From assembly GCA_002245135.1 (NCBI GenBank), contig NGBS01000871.1:248001-312000 (forward strand): 64,000 bases of DNA. The letters run 5' to 3'. Positions 50,049-64,000 of this stretch are shown in pieces (within the stretch, counting starts at the first letter, position 1; the number at the start of each line of letters is the position of its first letter). This stretch comes from Proteromonas lacertae. Its lineage: Eukaryota. A model generated the notes under the pieces. The model did not search any database. It had not been told where the DNA came from and was given only the letters and a program-made list of their open reading frames with translations. Both the position numbers and the translations under genes were made by a program.

Positions 50049-50507
50049 ATGTCTGCTTTTAAGTTTTTCTTTTTATTGTTTGTCATTTTTGCTATTTTTT
50101 CAGCAACAGTAGATGCTAAGAAGACTGGTAAGAAAGGAAAGAAAGGAGGTAAAAAGACTGGATTAGACTCTGACGATCCAGATGAGGTATTAAAGCAATT
50201 TATGTGATTAATATGAAATAGAAAAGAGCAGCTGTAGAAGAATTGAAACGTAAATTACAAGAATCAATGGATAAAACAGCAAAAGAAACTGGACAAAAGC
50301 CATTTAAGTTAGAAGCTTATACTCCTGATGATATTGGTAAATTATCGTATTTATTATTGCATTATTGTCGTTGTTAGAAAGAAAATGGAAGAAAAACAGA
50401 AAGTAGAAGAAGAACAACAAAAAGAAGAAGAAGAAGATTTAAAGGATGATACTTACATTCCAACAAAGAAATCGAAGAAAGCTAAGAAAGGCAAGAAGGC
50501 TAATTAA
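50049..50507 (+). CDS. Small secreted/ER K/E-rich protein (not in the ORF track)
   Basis: Signal peptide MSAFKFFFLLFVIFAIFSATVDA. Introns 50187-50221 and 50347-50377 give a continuous frame ending KKAKKGKKAN*. Confidence 0.75.
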
Positions 50508-50636
50508 GATAAAATATCACTATAGAATTTGATTTTTACTTTTTTTAAACAATGTTTTTCTATTTAATTCTAAATACACTCACATAAATAAAAGTAATAA
50601 TAATACATACATATTTATAATTATGAATATTTCTCA

Positions 50637-53600
50637 TCAACTGGTAGTAATAGTCTTTCTGAATTTATAACAATGATAGGCAGATAATATTTTAGTAACT
50701 GAAACATAATGCTGAATATTATATTCAATATCCTTATCAGTAACATGCTTCAGCTTTTTAAATTTCTTTTTCCAGGCTTTATTGGCTCTATGTTCTGGTG
50801 GTAAATCTAAATACACGTCATTTGCACCCTTTTCTTTCAAATCATCTTCTACAATTCTTCTGGCACATGCTAAAACAACATCACTGAAATAAACTCTTGG
50901 TTCATCACCACCTCTTTTATACATAGGAATTCGAAGTTTTGAGATTCTTTCTCTCAGATCTGGTCCAATTATTCCTTCACCAAAGCCCATTGGAGGTGGA
51001 ATAAGTATAAATAAATCATCGACTGAAGATAGAGGAATTGAACACTTTGCATCAACATCAATTTCTATTTAATAAAAGATATATATAATAATAAATATAC
51101 GATTCCAAGCTGTTACAAATTGATCATATTGTTCTGGAGTTAATTTTGCATTTTCTGATGAAGATGTATTACCAAATCCATCAAGAATAACTCCAATAAA
51201 TAATTGTAAAAGTACAAATGTTACTACTGTGGTAAAACCAAAGAAAAATATATAAGCCATCCAAGTACCACATCCATTTAATGGAATACAATCAGGACTA
51301 TCATTAAAACCACACATATGTGGATTATATGTTAAATTAGGATCACATTCTTCACTATTCAAACAATCATACATCAATAAATCCCAAATTTCACCAGTAG
51401 CACATCTGAATAGCGTTAAGAATGATCTACCAAATGATCGGAAATGAATTGCATAATTCAAAACTACACCATTTTTTACTGTTGCAAATAATTGAACTCC
51501 CATCACAGCAAAGATGAAAAACATTAATATTAAAATACCTGTTACATTTGCCATTGATGGTAAAGTCAAAACTAATGTATTGAATAATGTTCGAAGTGCT
51601 TTTGCAGATTGAACTAATCTAAATACTCTACCAATTCTAAATGTTCTTACAACTAATAATGCACTAAGATTTGCATTACCCATCGTCAATTGTAATATAA
51701 TACCAATATCAGAACCAATAGTAACTAAGAAATCAAATATATTCCAACCATCACTAAAATATTGTTTTAAACCAAGTCCAAGTAACTTCAATATCATTTC
51801 TATTGTGAAAAGACTAGCAAATATATAATTCAATATTTCTACAGCTTTTGTAAACTTATGTGGTTCACCAAATGATTTAGCTGCCATGAAAACTGTGTTA
51901 ATGATAATGGAAATCATTATAACCCAATCAAAAGCAGTTGATCTTATCAAATTGAAACATCTTTTTCTTATATATTCTATAATATTATATAGTAAAGAAA
52001 TAAATATAAAAATATACGTGTGGGTCTTTTGTAAGGTTTTTGTACTTTCATTGCTAATAATGCTTCTTGCATTTCTACCCATTCTCTTTGTTCATCTGTT
52101 AAAAACACATGATCTTTACCTAATTTTCTTTTCATATTATTGAAATTATCAATCACAACACCAGTAAATAGATTCAATACGAAGAATGCACCAACAACAA
52201 TAAATGCCATAAAAAAGAATGACCAAGCAATTTGACTATCAGGAATAGGTTGCATACCAATTCCTCTTCCATCTGTAGCTATATACATTACATCCATCCA
52301 TCCTTCTGTTGTAATTAATTGAAAGAATGTTGATAATGCTTGAAATACATTATTAAAGTTTTGTGGACAATGAAATTCTTCATTCCATTCACATCCCATC
52401 CATTCACAAACAGCTTTTGATTTTTTACCTTTATAACTTCCATCACCCCATAATCTTTCTGCATCTGTTAAATTACTATAATATCTTGGATATGTAATTA
52501 AATCAACTTGATCTTCACTTAATGCATCAAAACAATCACCCATACAACCACCATTCAAACCTTTCATATAATTAACACCAACAATTGAGAATATTAAGAA
52601 TATCAACAATGCAATCAATGCAACATTGGCAATACCTGGCACTGATGATATTAATGCATTAACAACTAATTTCAAACCAGGATTTCTACTTACCATTCTT
52701 AAAGGTCTTAATGCTCTAAATGTACGTAATGCTCTTAAAGCAGTTAAATTTGAACTTACACTTACTGATGGAATTAAAGCTAATATTGAAACAATAACTA
52801 CAAAACAATCAAGAAAATTCCAAGCACTTCTTAAATAAGCATGTTGACCTAGAATCAAACCATAAGTTATCATTTTCATTACCATTTCAATGGCAAATAA
52901 TACAGTCAAAACAATATCAAGAACTTCTAAAATATCAGAAATAACACTATCAGGATCACGAAGTGGATTTTCTATTGCTAAACATACTGAACTAATCAAA
53001 ATAAGTGCAAGAACAATATTATCAAATATTTTAGTTTGTACCATTCCAGCTATATGTTCTCTTAACCAATTATCTGGTGATAATAAAAAGAATGCTTTTC
53101 CTTCAATTTTTATTTTTGTATCATCAGTTACTGACATGTTTGTCATAAAATAATCAGCTGTAACATCATCACCACTATCACTACTCATAGAAGTACCTGA
53201 AGACATTCTACTGTTACTTCTTCTGCTATTGCTACTTTTATTACTCTATTTACGTGACAAATAAATAGTTATATATATATATATATATATATATACTTTT
53301 CTACTTGTTCTTCTACTTACCATTGACTTATGACTAGGTGTAGCTATTCCATATTCAATTTTTTGTTTTTTTAAATAAGCAGCTGCTGTTAATTGTTTCA
53401 TTTGTAATTTTCTCTTATCTTCAGCTGTAAGATTAGAGGATGGTGTAAATATTGCTGCAACTGTTGATGCTCTCTATTTTAATATTTATATTATGAATAT
53501 ATATATTTATTTATACTCTTGCAACTGCTTTACCATATATTTTTGATGAAGGAATTGATTGTATTTGTGGACTTGGAGTAACTGGCGTCATTGTACCAGT

Positions 53601-56452
53601 ATTCTCATTTTCATCACTTTCAATATTCTTATTTATTTTACCTATAGAAATTGCTCTTTTTGGTTCATCATCTTTATCTTGAGTTTGCATGATTTGAGCT
53701 GATGGTTCTTGAATTGATTGACTGTGTCTTACATAATTGTGACTGATTAATCTTCTAGGAACATTTCCTGGTCTTTGTTCAGCTGTTTTACATCTTGCAC
53801 TGTTGATTGGTTCTATTCCAATTGCTGAAACATGTTTCATTATTGGTCGTGGACTTACTCCATCAGCAACATATGGGAAATTAGAAGCAACTGTTTGGGT
53901 TGGTATATGAACAGATCTATTATCGTCAAAACAGGAAGATTCTGATAACTGTGATTTCATTTTCTTTAAAGATGTTGTTCTACTCATTGCTGTTGATTCT
54001 GGTGCAATACTTTCTTCTTTCTTTTGAAAACATCCACAACAGTTCTTTGCATGATGATAAATAGATGAAACAAATTTTACCCTATAAAATTAATAACAAT
54101 AAATATATACATTGTTGAAACACGGCTTTCTTTTGAAGAAAATGTATCACCTTCACCAAAATTACCAAGTAAGATAGCTAAAAATAAGTTCAATACAACC
54201 CAATTACCAACAATAATCAAATTGAATGTATAAATTTCACTCACCCAAGTTGTAGCTCTTCTTTGATCATACATTACTAAGTTATAATTATCAACAGCTA
54301 AATGTTGAAAAACTGTCATTAATGAATAATAAAAATCATCATATCTAGATCGTGGAATATCTGCTTCAAGATATCCTTCTTCTTGAATATGAATAACATA
54401 ACCACTAACTGGATCAAAATGAAATAAATGTGAAAAAAATGTACATCCTGTTAATGTTTCAACAAACATATATAACATCAATAAAACAGAAAAGTTTAAA
54501 ATATCTTCAACTGATTTTCCTAATGTTTTTATAATCTCTTGCAAAGATTTCCATGATCTTGCTAATTTGAATAAACGAAACAATCTAAATGTTCTCAAAG
54601 CTGATATACCTGAAGTATTCATTTCACCTGTTGCAACTAAAAATTCAGGAGGAACCATAATCAATTCAACAATACTAACAATTACAATAATTGCATCAAA
54701 TATATTAAAACCATCTTTTACATATAAGAATGGACCATATCCAATTAATTTCAATACCATTTCTAACATAAATATACAGGTTAATGTAAAGTTAATATAT
54801 TCTGCTTTTGCTGTCATTGCATCATTTGGCGGGTATTTATCAAGTGCCAATGTAACAGAATTAATCAAAATACATAATATAATAAAAGCTTGAAAATAAG
54901 AATGACTTGATATTCTATAACACCATCTTCTTATGAAGTTTGGTTGATCATATAGTAATTCAATTTGTTGACTTGTTCTTTGTCTAACTGCTTCATTATT
55001 CATTTTCTTGTTTTCTAATTCTAACTTCTTCATAAGCCTTGATTCTTCTTGAGCTTCATTAAATTTGGTGAAAATAACAGCTAACATTAAGTTTAATACA
55101 AAATAATTACCACAAATAACTAATAAACAATACCAAATAATAGGAAACCATTGTGAATAGCAATCCATATAAGCATACATCAAATCACTCCAACCTTCTA
55201 ATGTCAATGTTTGAATAACAGACATTGCTACATCTCCTATATTATCAAAGATAGGATAACCATAACCAAATTCTTCATAGAATGTTGCTTCTTGCATGTA
55301 ATTCCTTACATCTGATACAAATCTTGGATTGCCATAATTATCATAATTTGATTCACAATACATATTACTTGGACATTTATAATCACCTCCATTCTTATCA
55401 CCACATAATCGTATTGTTTCTTGATCAGTTGGCCAAACACAAGTTCGAGGTGTTGTCCAATCAGAAGTACCTTGATTCCATGATTTATCATCCAATGGAA
55501 TAATAGCTGATACATTATTATCATAATGACAAAATGGAAATTTTTCTCTATTATAAATAATATCATAAACTATTGAATTATTTGGTTTACCATCAGTATA
55601 CCAATCCATTTCTAAATCTGTATATACATGATAAAGTGAATCATTCACAGCTATAGGATATGGAGTTAATCTACATCTATAATGAGTTGTTCCAATCAAA
55701 AAATTAAGTGCTAAAATACCAAAAATAGCAAAAATGAAAACTAATAAAACCAATACATTTGCTAAATCTGGTATTGAAGTTAATAAAGCTGTTATAAGCA
55801 GTTTCATTCTTGGAACTCTATTTAATGTTCTTAAAGGCCTTAAAACTCGAAGTGCTCTTACGAAAGAGATCTTAGGAAATCCTGGAAGACTTGATAATAA
55901 GCTTGTTACTACCACAATAAAATCAATCCAATTCCAACCATCTCTTAAATAAGAACCTCTATATAAATAATAAATATATACAAATGAAAATATATACTTT
56001 CCTAATATAAATCCCATTGCAACTATTTTAATAACAGCTTCAATAGTGAAAATAACCGTAAATGGTATTTCCATTGAATCTGCAAAATTATTTCTCACTG
56101 ATGTACAATGTTCGAGTGTATAGGGGTTAATACCATTATGATTAGGAGACTAAATAAAAATAAAATACTATTATATATACTAATGTCCTTAGATCTACAC
56201 ATCCATAATCTCCTATAGCCAAAAATATAGAATTTAGTAAAATAAGTAGTAATATAAAAGCATTGAATAGCATGCTATTCTCTATCTTTACACATAGCTT
56301 CCTAAATTTATTATCAACAGAAAAAAGGAAAAGGGATCGATCAGCATAATTTAGAGGCTTCCCGTTGACAAAAAAATTATATTGTTCCAATTTATATATA
56401 GGGTCTTCATTATCTCTATAAAAGTATAATGTATTTATCAATACTTTCCCAT
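50637..56452 (-). CDS. Four-domain voltage-gated cation (Cav/Nav-type) channel alpha subunit
   Basis: Four 6TM repeats with Arg-rich S4 segments (RALRVLRPLR, RTFRLFRLFK, RALRTFRALRPLR, RTFRIGRVFR). Pore loops TLEGW, AVDNY, TTEGW and TGEIW. C-terminal PPPMGFG and IQ-like segment. About 8 short introns. Confidence 0.93.
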
Positions 56453-56926
56453 TTAAATGAAAAAATCAAAAAACAAATAAAAACTGTTTTAAATTAGTCC
56501 TTTCATAGTGTTAAAATTTAGATTAAGATATCTTTTTAAAATGAAAAACTACATGAATTTTGGTTATTTTAATATTTTTAAGGAGTATTTTTTCTAGTGA
56601 TTAAAAGAATTGAAGGTATTTTAGTATTTTCTTCATATTCTTCATATGAGAATAACTTATGATGTTAATAATGAGTAATTTTCATATAAAAAATCACATC
56701 AAAAGCAGTCTTGCTGTATTAACTTCATTATTACTATATAAACAAATTTTATTACATCTTCTAATAATGCTATTCGAAGTATATTTATATTTCTATTGAT
56801 ATCCTATTCACATAACTCCAAGGTATTAAATTATAGTAAAAACAAAATTACTAAACGATTTTTGTTGTTTATCAAAGATTCATTAATCACTGTACGTTAA
56901 CACTTTTAAAAGAGTTTTATCCGATT

Positions 56927-57408
56927 ATGACTGAAGTACTAGCTAACATTAACCTTAATCCATCTTCTTTCAAGCCTGACTTTGATGGTTATCTTATGAA
57001 GCAAAGTATCTTAATAATTCACTCTAATTACTGTTTTAGGTATGTGGCTTAAACAATGGAGAAAAAGATATTTTAGTTTAAAAGGAAATAAATTATATTT
57101 TGCTACATCACCCAAAGTATTGCTTCTTTGACTAGAATTTAGGCTCATCCTCACGGCGTAATAAACCTACAAGAATGTCTTACGGTTAAATCATCTGATA
57201 AAATTGCTAAACGGTATATCACATGATATAATGATTTTAGTTTTTGTTTTGAATTATCAACACCAGAAACAACTTATTATATTTGTGCTGATTCAGAAGA
57301 AGATAAAGATAAATGGATAAGAGCAATAGGTCGGTATATATCTATATAATATTCATATGTTATAGTGCAATTGTTAAGTTTTCTAATTCGTTTCAAGAAG
57401 ATGAATAA
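56927..57408 (+). CDS. Small PH-domain protein (not in the ORF track)
   Basis: Four introns join DGYLMKQSMWLKQWRKRYFSLKGNKLYF...PHGVINL..CLTVKS...FCFELSTPETTYYICADSEEDKDKWIRAIG. Confidence 0.9.
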
Positions 57409-57571
57409 TTTAAAAGAAATTAACAATGTCTCTTCTATTTATGATTTATTAAATGTTTTTGGTATTTATTGTGATGATTTACTCCAAATTCAATTTGATC
57501 TATTAATCATCCCAAAACAACAATATTTCATTTATAATTTTCACTCGAATAGTTATTTTTCATCATTCTTT

Positions 57572-59343
57572 TTAGTTTAATTCAACGTAAGTTGGCATAG
57601 CAGTAATACCACAGTCATTACTAACTTTTCTAATGATTTTTATATATCCTTCATCACCCCAATGAGTACTCCAACTGTTCTTAATCAACCAATAATCTTT
57701 GTTATCTTCTCTTCCATAACCAACTAATAAAACACTGTGATTTAACTCATCCATACCACCAGTACATTCAATATCATCTAAAACACCACTAGAATAGAAT
57801 GAGAATGATTGAATCACATTAACACTCACACTAATTGGTCCACGTTCTTCTAAAGCATTCAATAAACTCAATTCATCATAATTACTAATATTGACATATG
57901 CTCTAAGGCTAACCTTGCTTAAACTCTTATCAAAGTGACAATAACCATCTTGACCAATATAAGGACCATAGGTATCCTCACTTTCTAAACCACCATTGTC
58001 AATGATCCATTGATAGGCTCTAAAGTCTTCGCCACCTTCACAACCATTGTTACCATAGTTCCAAGCACAATCTAATATATTCTGAGTGGATAAATTGTAT
58101 AATTTTCCACTTTGTAAGAATAATGATCCTTCAATTGTACCAACTGTACCATAAGTCCAACAACTACCACAGAAAGCTTGATCCTTTACTGGTGTAACAG
58201 CTCCTTTTTTTCTCCAATCTAAACTCTCAGCTTTAATTGGGTTGTGATTTTTGTATAATTTTTTAGCACCATTACTCTTTTTACCGTCATTTCTTAATTT
58301 ACCAAATCTCATCATCATTTCTTCCTTTGATAAATCACCGAAACTGTTCATTGCTAATGTATATCCACGATTTTCACTGTTCTTCTTTTCAATATATTTC
58401 ATATTATTCACAAAGTTTTGGTATCTTTCATTCTTCTCTGTTGGACTGTATACTTTATTGTATTTTCTTAAATATTCATGATATTGGTTCTTGTATTTAT
58501 TGTTATTTTGAGGGAAAATTCTCTTGAATGTTAATGATGGATTCATTTTCAATTCAACTTTACGTGGGCCATTACCTGGTCCTGGATAATATCCACAGTC
58601 CATACCACTTGGTGGTTCAAATACACTTGGTGGAATATTGTCTAATAAGAAATTAAAGTAGAATTTTATACATTCTTTGTAACTTCGATATTCTACAACA
58701 TATTCATCATAATGACTTCCTTGTAAGTTGTTGTATCCCATCATATGGTATTTTACTGGAAGATTTGTTTTTATATCACTAATTATTTAAAAAATAAAAA
58801 AATAAGTTATACAAGTACATGGTGTAGTTGTGTGTTGTGTTGAATACATGGTTAATATATTCCCAACGATTACAGCTTTTACCATCAATATCATAAACAC
58901 CAGTTTGTAAAGTGAAACCAGTGAAATCTGGGAACATGCTTAATAAAGATTCTTCCTCGTTGGATGGACCTTCTGGAGCAGTACCATTAAAACAGACTTT
59001 CTCGTAAATCTCTGGAACAATGGCAAGTTGATATCCTTCTCTAGCATAGAAAATGTATGTGTTTTGTCCTCCCCCTATAGTATGGTATAAACAGAATAAA
59101 ATACAATAATCAACTCTGGCTCTATGTTGAGTGGCACTTCTCCTATAAAATAATATATAGCAAAACAATTGTTCATACCATAATATGACAGGTTGACTTA
59201 AATGACTGTATGGTAAAGTCATTGTGGCTTGAACCATATAGTTGTCAGCTGGTTGGAATGGTACAGCAATAACTGTAGCAACCAAACTAAGCAATAAAAT
59301 AACATTATTAGTAATACAGTAACAATAAGCAAGAAGATTTCAT
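57572..59343 (-). CDS. Papain-family C1A cysteine protease, 26/29-kDa proteinase/CfaD type
   Basis: Signal peptide, N-terminal extra domain, I29-like prodomain (ERYQNF..N), QAFCGSCW, LNHSV and KNSWSTHWG. Four introns. Confidence 0.92.
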
Positions 59344-59444
59344 TTTGGAACACAGTTTTATGTTTGATAGTTGGCTTGATATAAATACATCTAATACAAT
59401 TTATACAAATTATACCGTTTTTTATAGCTGTTTGTTTTTTATAA

Positions 59445-61069
59445 ATGATTGTTCATCCATCAAACGATTGGAATTACGGCTCTTATGACAGTCCTAGAAT
59501 CTATAAAGTCATATATCTAAAAGTATACACCCCTATAATCTGTCTAGAAAGATGTAAATGAACCAAAACCGCAGAATACTCCTATAGATCCAAATAGATG
59601 GAAGACAACATATGCTGATTCTTATAACTATTATATTCCAAAACAAATATCGAGAAAATCAAATAAACTTCCAAAAGATGCTTCTTACACTCCACCTCCT
59701 AGTATATTACATTTGAAATAAATTATTAGCACCTCCATTATCCCCTGAAGAGGATAAATCCGAATGCACAAATAAAACAAATGAAAGTGATTTATCTCAG
59801 TCGTCTGTAAGTTCATTTGAATCTTCATCACAATCTTCACAATCTCCAAAATCAAATCAAAACAAATCTCCTAAATTTGTTTATTCAAAGAATGATTTAA
59901 AAGGGATTATAGATAAAACTAATCCAAATTACATACGAAGGATAAAAAATGATCCTTCTACTCTGTTCTATTCACCAGTGAAGAAAGTAAAGAAACATCC
60001 AAGATCACCAAAAACTCATCCATTAATACAAAAACCATTTTGTCCATATGGAAGTGGGAATGATAAACCAGTTGTTGATAAACATCTCTACAAAACATTC
60101 AATGTAATGTGTGATAATAAAGAAGTATATCCAACAGCACAAACTGTAGCAATCTCTAAACAAAATCAGAGAAGAAAATTAAGAGGAGGAAGTATTTATT
60201 ATACATATAATATTGTAGATGGTTTACCAGCTCCACAAATGAAACCTGTATTACCAAATGCTTCTGAACAAGCTGAATATGATAAATATATAAATTCTGA
60301 TGAATATCATACTTTGAGACGTATTGATTTGCAACAACAGCAACCAACATTATGGAATGATAAAATTGTGCATATGTATTCACCAGATACACTATTGGAT
60401 GAACAACCAATTGTAAATCAATTAAAGAATGAGAAAAAAGCATACGGAGTAAGAGGACAGTTCAATAAACATTCGTTATTGAGTATATATATATATATAT
60501 TTATTTATTTATTCTGTTTAATAGCAAAGAATGATAAATATGATCCACCAATGTATCAACTATTAGCCAATCAATATGCCAATACAAAATTCGAATATGA
60601 TGATAAAAGCAAGGAAAATGATGAAGATGTTCATGTAAAAATAAGTCCAGAACCACCAGTGATAATAAATAATGAGCCAAAAAGTGTTTTGGTTAAAAAT
60701 ACTGAATCTAAACATTCTCATCATCATCACCATCATAAAAGGCATATTTCATTCGATGATGCAGATGTTCATGATAATAATACTCTCCAAAACCAAGTAT
60801 TTGGGTATAGCAAGGATGAAAATCAAAAAGAAGAGAATAATAATTATAAAGATAATAATGAATCAAATAAAGTGATAAGACCAATTAAAGTTCCTGGATT
60901 ATCTCCTAATTTGGAATATACACTATATGTTCCAACAGATTATTCGCAGTTTGATCCTCATAACTTTCCTAGATTTATTAATTACTCTTACATTGATGAA
61001 ATTCCTGCTGCTGGAATATCGACAATTCCTAGTGAATCAGTCAAAAATCTACTACATCAGTATAATTAA
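59445..61069 (+). CDS. Uncharacterised Ser/Pro-rich protein with His run
   Basis: ATG 59445 with short introns near 59523-59547, 59702-59729 and ~60483-60524 joining the 363-aa ORF. First-exon boundary uncertain; no family recognised. Confidence 0.6.
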
Positions 61070-61144
61070 GTCTATATTTAAGATTTCTTATGTTTTCATT
61101 ATGGAATGGCAAAAATCAAACATTTAAAATACATAAAATAAAAT

Positions 61145-61541
61145 TTAGAGTGAAGCACCACCTTGTTGTTCCAATACACAATCCAATTGATCCATATCAT
61201 CAATTTCAAGCTATAAAATAAATAAATTTGGTCATACTTCTTCAGGAGTTTGATCTGGACTTACTCTTACCCCGTCTAGTAAAAATCTAAGAGTGTTGAC
61301 ATCTTTGCCATGTCTCTTTGCATAATTTTCAAACAACTTTCGCATTTTGGTTGTTTTTCTAATTCTGAACACAGTAGATTCACCATCCTACAATATATAA
61401 CAAAATTAAAGTAAATACCATATCAACTACCTTTATCATAATGTTCTTATCGTCGCCTTCTTCTCCTTCCCCTGGTTTCTTTTCTTCTCCTTCCTTCTTT
61501 TCTTTTGCATCTACTTTTGGCTTTACATCTTGGTCAGACAT
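61145..61541 (-). CDS. SUMO: Small ubiquitin-like modifier
   Basis: VKPK N-terminal arm, IKVVDMDGESTVFRIRKTTKMRKL, RFLLDG.RV...TPEELEIDDMD.LD and EQQGG followed by ASL propeptide. Two introns. Confidence 0.93.
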
Positions 61542-61603
61542 TTCTCAAATAATAAAAATGATAAATGTCAAAATGAAACGAATTTTTTTTATTAACAATT
61601 GGG

Positions 61604-62287
61604 ATGAATGTATTTTTTACATCAACTATCGCCTATAGTCAAAAACACTTAAGACAAGAGATAAAATTCCAATCATTGGACTCGGCACTAGATAATGGGA
61701 AAGTCAAAGAAGCTGTAATTGAAGCTGTTAAGCTAGGGTAAGATATTAATTATGTAACATATTAGATATCGTCACATAGACTGTGCAAGAATGTATAATA
61801 ATGAAAAAGAGGTTGGAGAAGCATTGCAAGAGTGTATTTCGTTATTGATTTACTGAATAGTATTCAAATCAGGAATTGTGAAAAGAGAAGATCTGTTTAT
61901 TACAAGTAAGGTATTCAATAATTGTCAAGAAGAGTATTAGACATATTTTTTTATTGTTTCATGAATAGCAAGTATGCAAGAGAGTCAGTGGATATTACAC
62001 TAAAAGAATTACAACTAGATTATTTAGATCTATTGTTAATCCATTGGCCAATCAAATTTGTTCATGATATGCCAAAACAACCTCGCCAACCAAATGGAGA
62101 GCCAGTTCCAGGTTTAGAAGCACATTTCGAATATAAAGATACGTGGAAGACATTTGAAGCATTAAAAGAAGAAGGAAAAGTAAAGAATATCGGAGTTTCT
62201 AATTTCACTGTTTGTCAATTAGAAGATTTATTGTCAAACTGCAAGATAGAACCATCTGTTTTACAAGTGGAAGTACATCCTTATAAT

Positions 62288-62325
<38 letters not shown>

Positions 62326-62713
62326 TTTTAGACTGAATTAATTGATTATTGTAATAAACATAATATTATCGTTGAAGCTTATAGTCCATTAGGATCAGGC
62401 GATAGTTATTCAGGAAAGTTAAAAGAACAAATACCACTATTGACATTACCACTCATTACTGAAATGAGTGGAAAATACCATAAGACTCCTGCACAAGTAT
62501 TATTGAGATGGAATATTCAACATGGTTGTGTAGTTTTACCTAAAAGTGTTACTCCTTCAAGAATAGATGAGAATATAAAGATTCTAGATTTTACAATATC
62601 AGAAGATGATGTATTAAACATATTATTATATAAATGAATAGATGAATAAGATAAGTAACTTGAATATTAATTATAGATATGGTAAAGGATGGATGAAAGG
62701 ACATTTCTTATAA
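61604..62713 (+). pseudogene. Aldo-keto reductase, apparently disrupted (frameshift and lost splice donor)
   Basis: KIPIIGLGT, GYRHIDCA..Y.NE, LFITSK, LDYLDLLLIHWP, IGVSNF, AYSPLG and LPKSVTPSRI. One extra base at 61690, and intron 62294-62331 starts AT rather than GT. Confidence 0.75.
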
Positions 62714-62875
62714 ATTATTTGATAATTAAACTAATAATTATTAAATTATAATATATTTTGTTGAATTAATATTAGATGTAAAAACATTATTAAATAAAAA
62801 CAATAAAGATTATTAATATCAATAGAATTAATTAAAATATTATATTTAATTAAGAATTCATTTCATCGGTTCACT

Positions 62876-64000
62876 TCATATATACTCTAAATACTCATTA
62901 ATTATATTATTAACAAATTTTATATATTCATTCATTTTATGATTTTTCAATGATAATATTGAGTGTATTTCACTAAAAATTTCACTTATTTTATCACTAT
63001 CTTTACTACTAAACAAGGAATTATCTTTCATATTTATATGATGAATCCCCATTGCAATACTTGTTGGTTTAAATATTGATAATACTGTAACTGGAATACT
63101 TGTAAGAATTGGAGTCTTATTGGCTACTGGAACAACATCAGGAACTTTTTTTTCATCTTCATCAGTTATTGTTCTTATTTGATTATAATACTCTTCTGTT
63201 ACTATTCTTAACATTTTTACTTCCTTTAAATTATTATCGTCATAATCATCGTCTTCTTCAATGTCATAATTTCCTTCATCTAATGAATCACACATGAACA
63301 TTACTTTAGCTGAATCTATTTCTGAAGGTTGCTTTGATTTATGAAGGTATAAAATTCTTTCAGCATCTCTAACTATTTCTATTATAGGATCATTAAACTT
63401 ATCAATAGAATGCATTTGACTGGAATATTTTTCAAATCTGTCTCTTATTTCAATACTTGTGTTTATAGGAGCTGCATATACTATATAACTACATTTATTT
63501 TTATATCTGCTAGCTGTATTTGCTGAGAAATTTTCACAAAATGTGATATAACGAAGAAAACTCAATTCAGCTACTGCTCCTCCCAAACTATGACCAGTAA
63601 ATATCAATCTTTCACTTTCACTTTTTTCAATCAGATCAAGTATACTTCCTTCATCATATTTATCTTCTTTTGCATCGATTGAAATACCAAAATTATATCT
63701 GCTTCTTTGAAAAAATCCTTCATGAATTAAACCATTTCCTTTTCCAAAAGGATGGACCTTTTTTGCATTTAGATCAGCTAAAATATCAGATATACTTGTT
63801 ATCTCAGTTCCACGATAAGTAATATATGTAATCTTGTTAATTGTCACAACAAAACATCTACTTCGCTCAAAAAATGTTCCTTGTGGATATTTATTTTGAA
63901 TTTCATCCTAATGCAAATCATTTCATAAATTATACTTTGTTATAAACTAAACTAGCAAGCTCACAGGTCGTAAGAAGATCTTCTTTCTATAGTACATATA
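62876..64000 (-). CDS. Lipase class 3 family protein; 5' end lies beyond the window
   Basis: YRGT..ISDILADL, IHEGF, IFTGHSLGGAVA nucleophile, NDPI (Asp) and NHKMNEY (His). Upstream exon ~63936-63987 is flanked by introns. Confidence 0.85.

Noticed and set aside
56453..56926. Possible ncRNA or small gene in a 470-bp intergenic gap (TAATAATGA/TCATTATTA complement at ~56667/56725)
   Set aside because: No convincing ORF or RNA family motif; a 9-bp AT-rich stem is expected by chance.
1..64000. Prokaryotic features (operons, CRISPR arrays, rRNA/tRNA, IS elements) and polyadenylation-created stop codons
   Set aside because: The sequence is intron-containing eukaryotic DNA. No spaced repeat arrays or structured RNA genes were seen, and all complete genes have encoded stops.

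Overview
Gene-dense, very AT-rich (roughly 25% GC by eye) eukaryotic nuclear DNA. It has many tiny GT-AG introns (mostly 24-45 nt), very short intergenic gaps and TGTTTGTT motifs after several stop codons. Together with a stramenopile-type Sig1/mastigoneme-like gene, this points to a stramenopile protist, most likely Blastocystis or a relative (inference, not verified). The ORF track is fragmented by introns; manual splicing gives about 27 genes or gene remnants. Recognisable genes include TMEM145/GPR180-like, Tim44/mL45-like, BUD31, PARP16-like, PDCD2-like, FCF2, FG-GAP protein, PGAP1, BiP (two copies), TDH, FAF2/UBX, a four-domain voltage-gated channel, a PH protein, a 26/29-kDa-type papain protease, SUMO and a class 3 lipase. 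The most unusual elements: (1) a ~4,800-aa polypeptide built as UBL + six AAA+ modules + several vWA domains + a GATase-like domain, not a canonical midasin; (2) an intronless protein with two tandem Hsp70 ATPase domains and one lidless substrate-binding domain; (3) a 2.3-kb near-perfect inverted duplication of the whole BiP gene enclosing a NEK-like kinase that has an in-frame TAA; (4) a probably catalytically dead 3-ketosteroid-reductase-like SDR, an AKR pseudogene, an E-D-E-E channel filter, and mastigoneme- and centriole-type genes. No rRNA, tRNA, CRISPR array or transposase was seen. All family assignments come from motif recognition by eye, not database searches.
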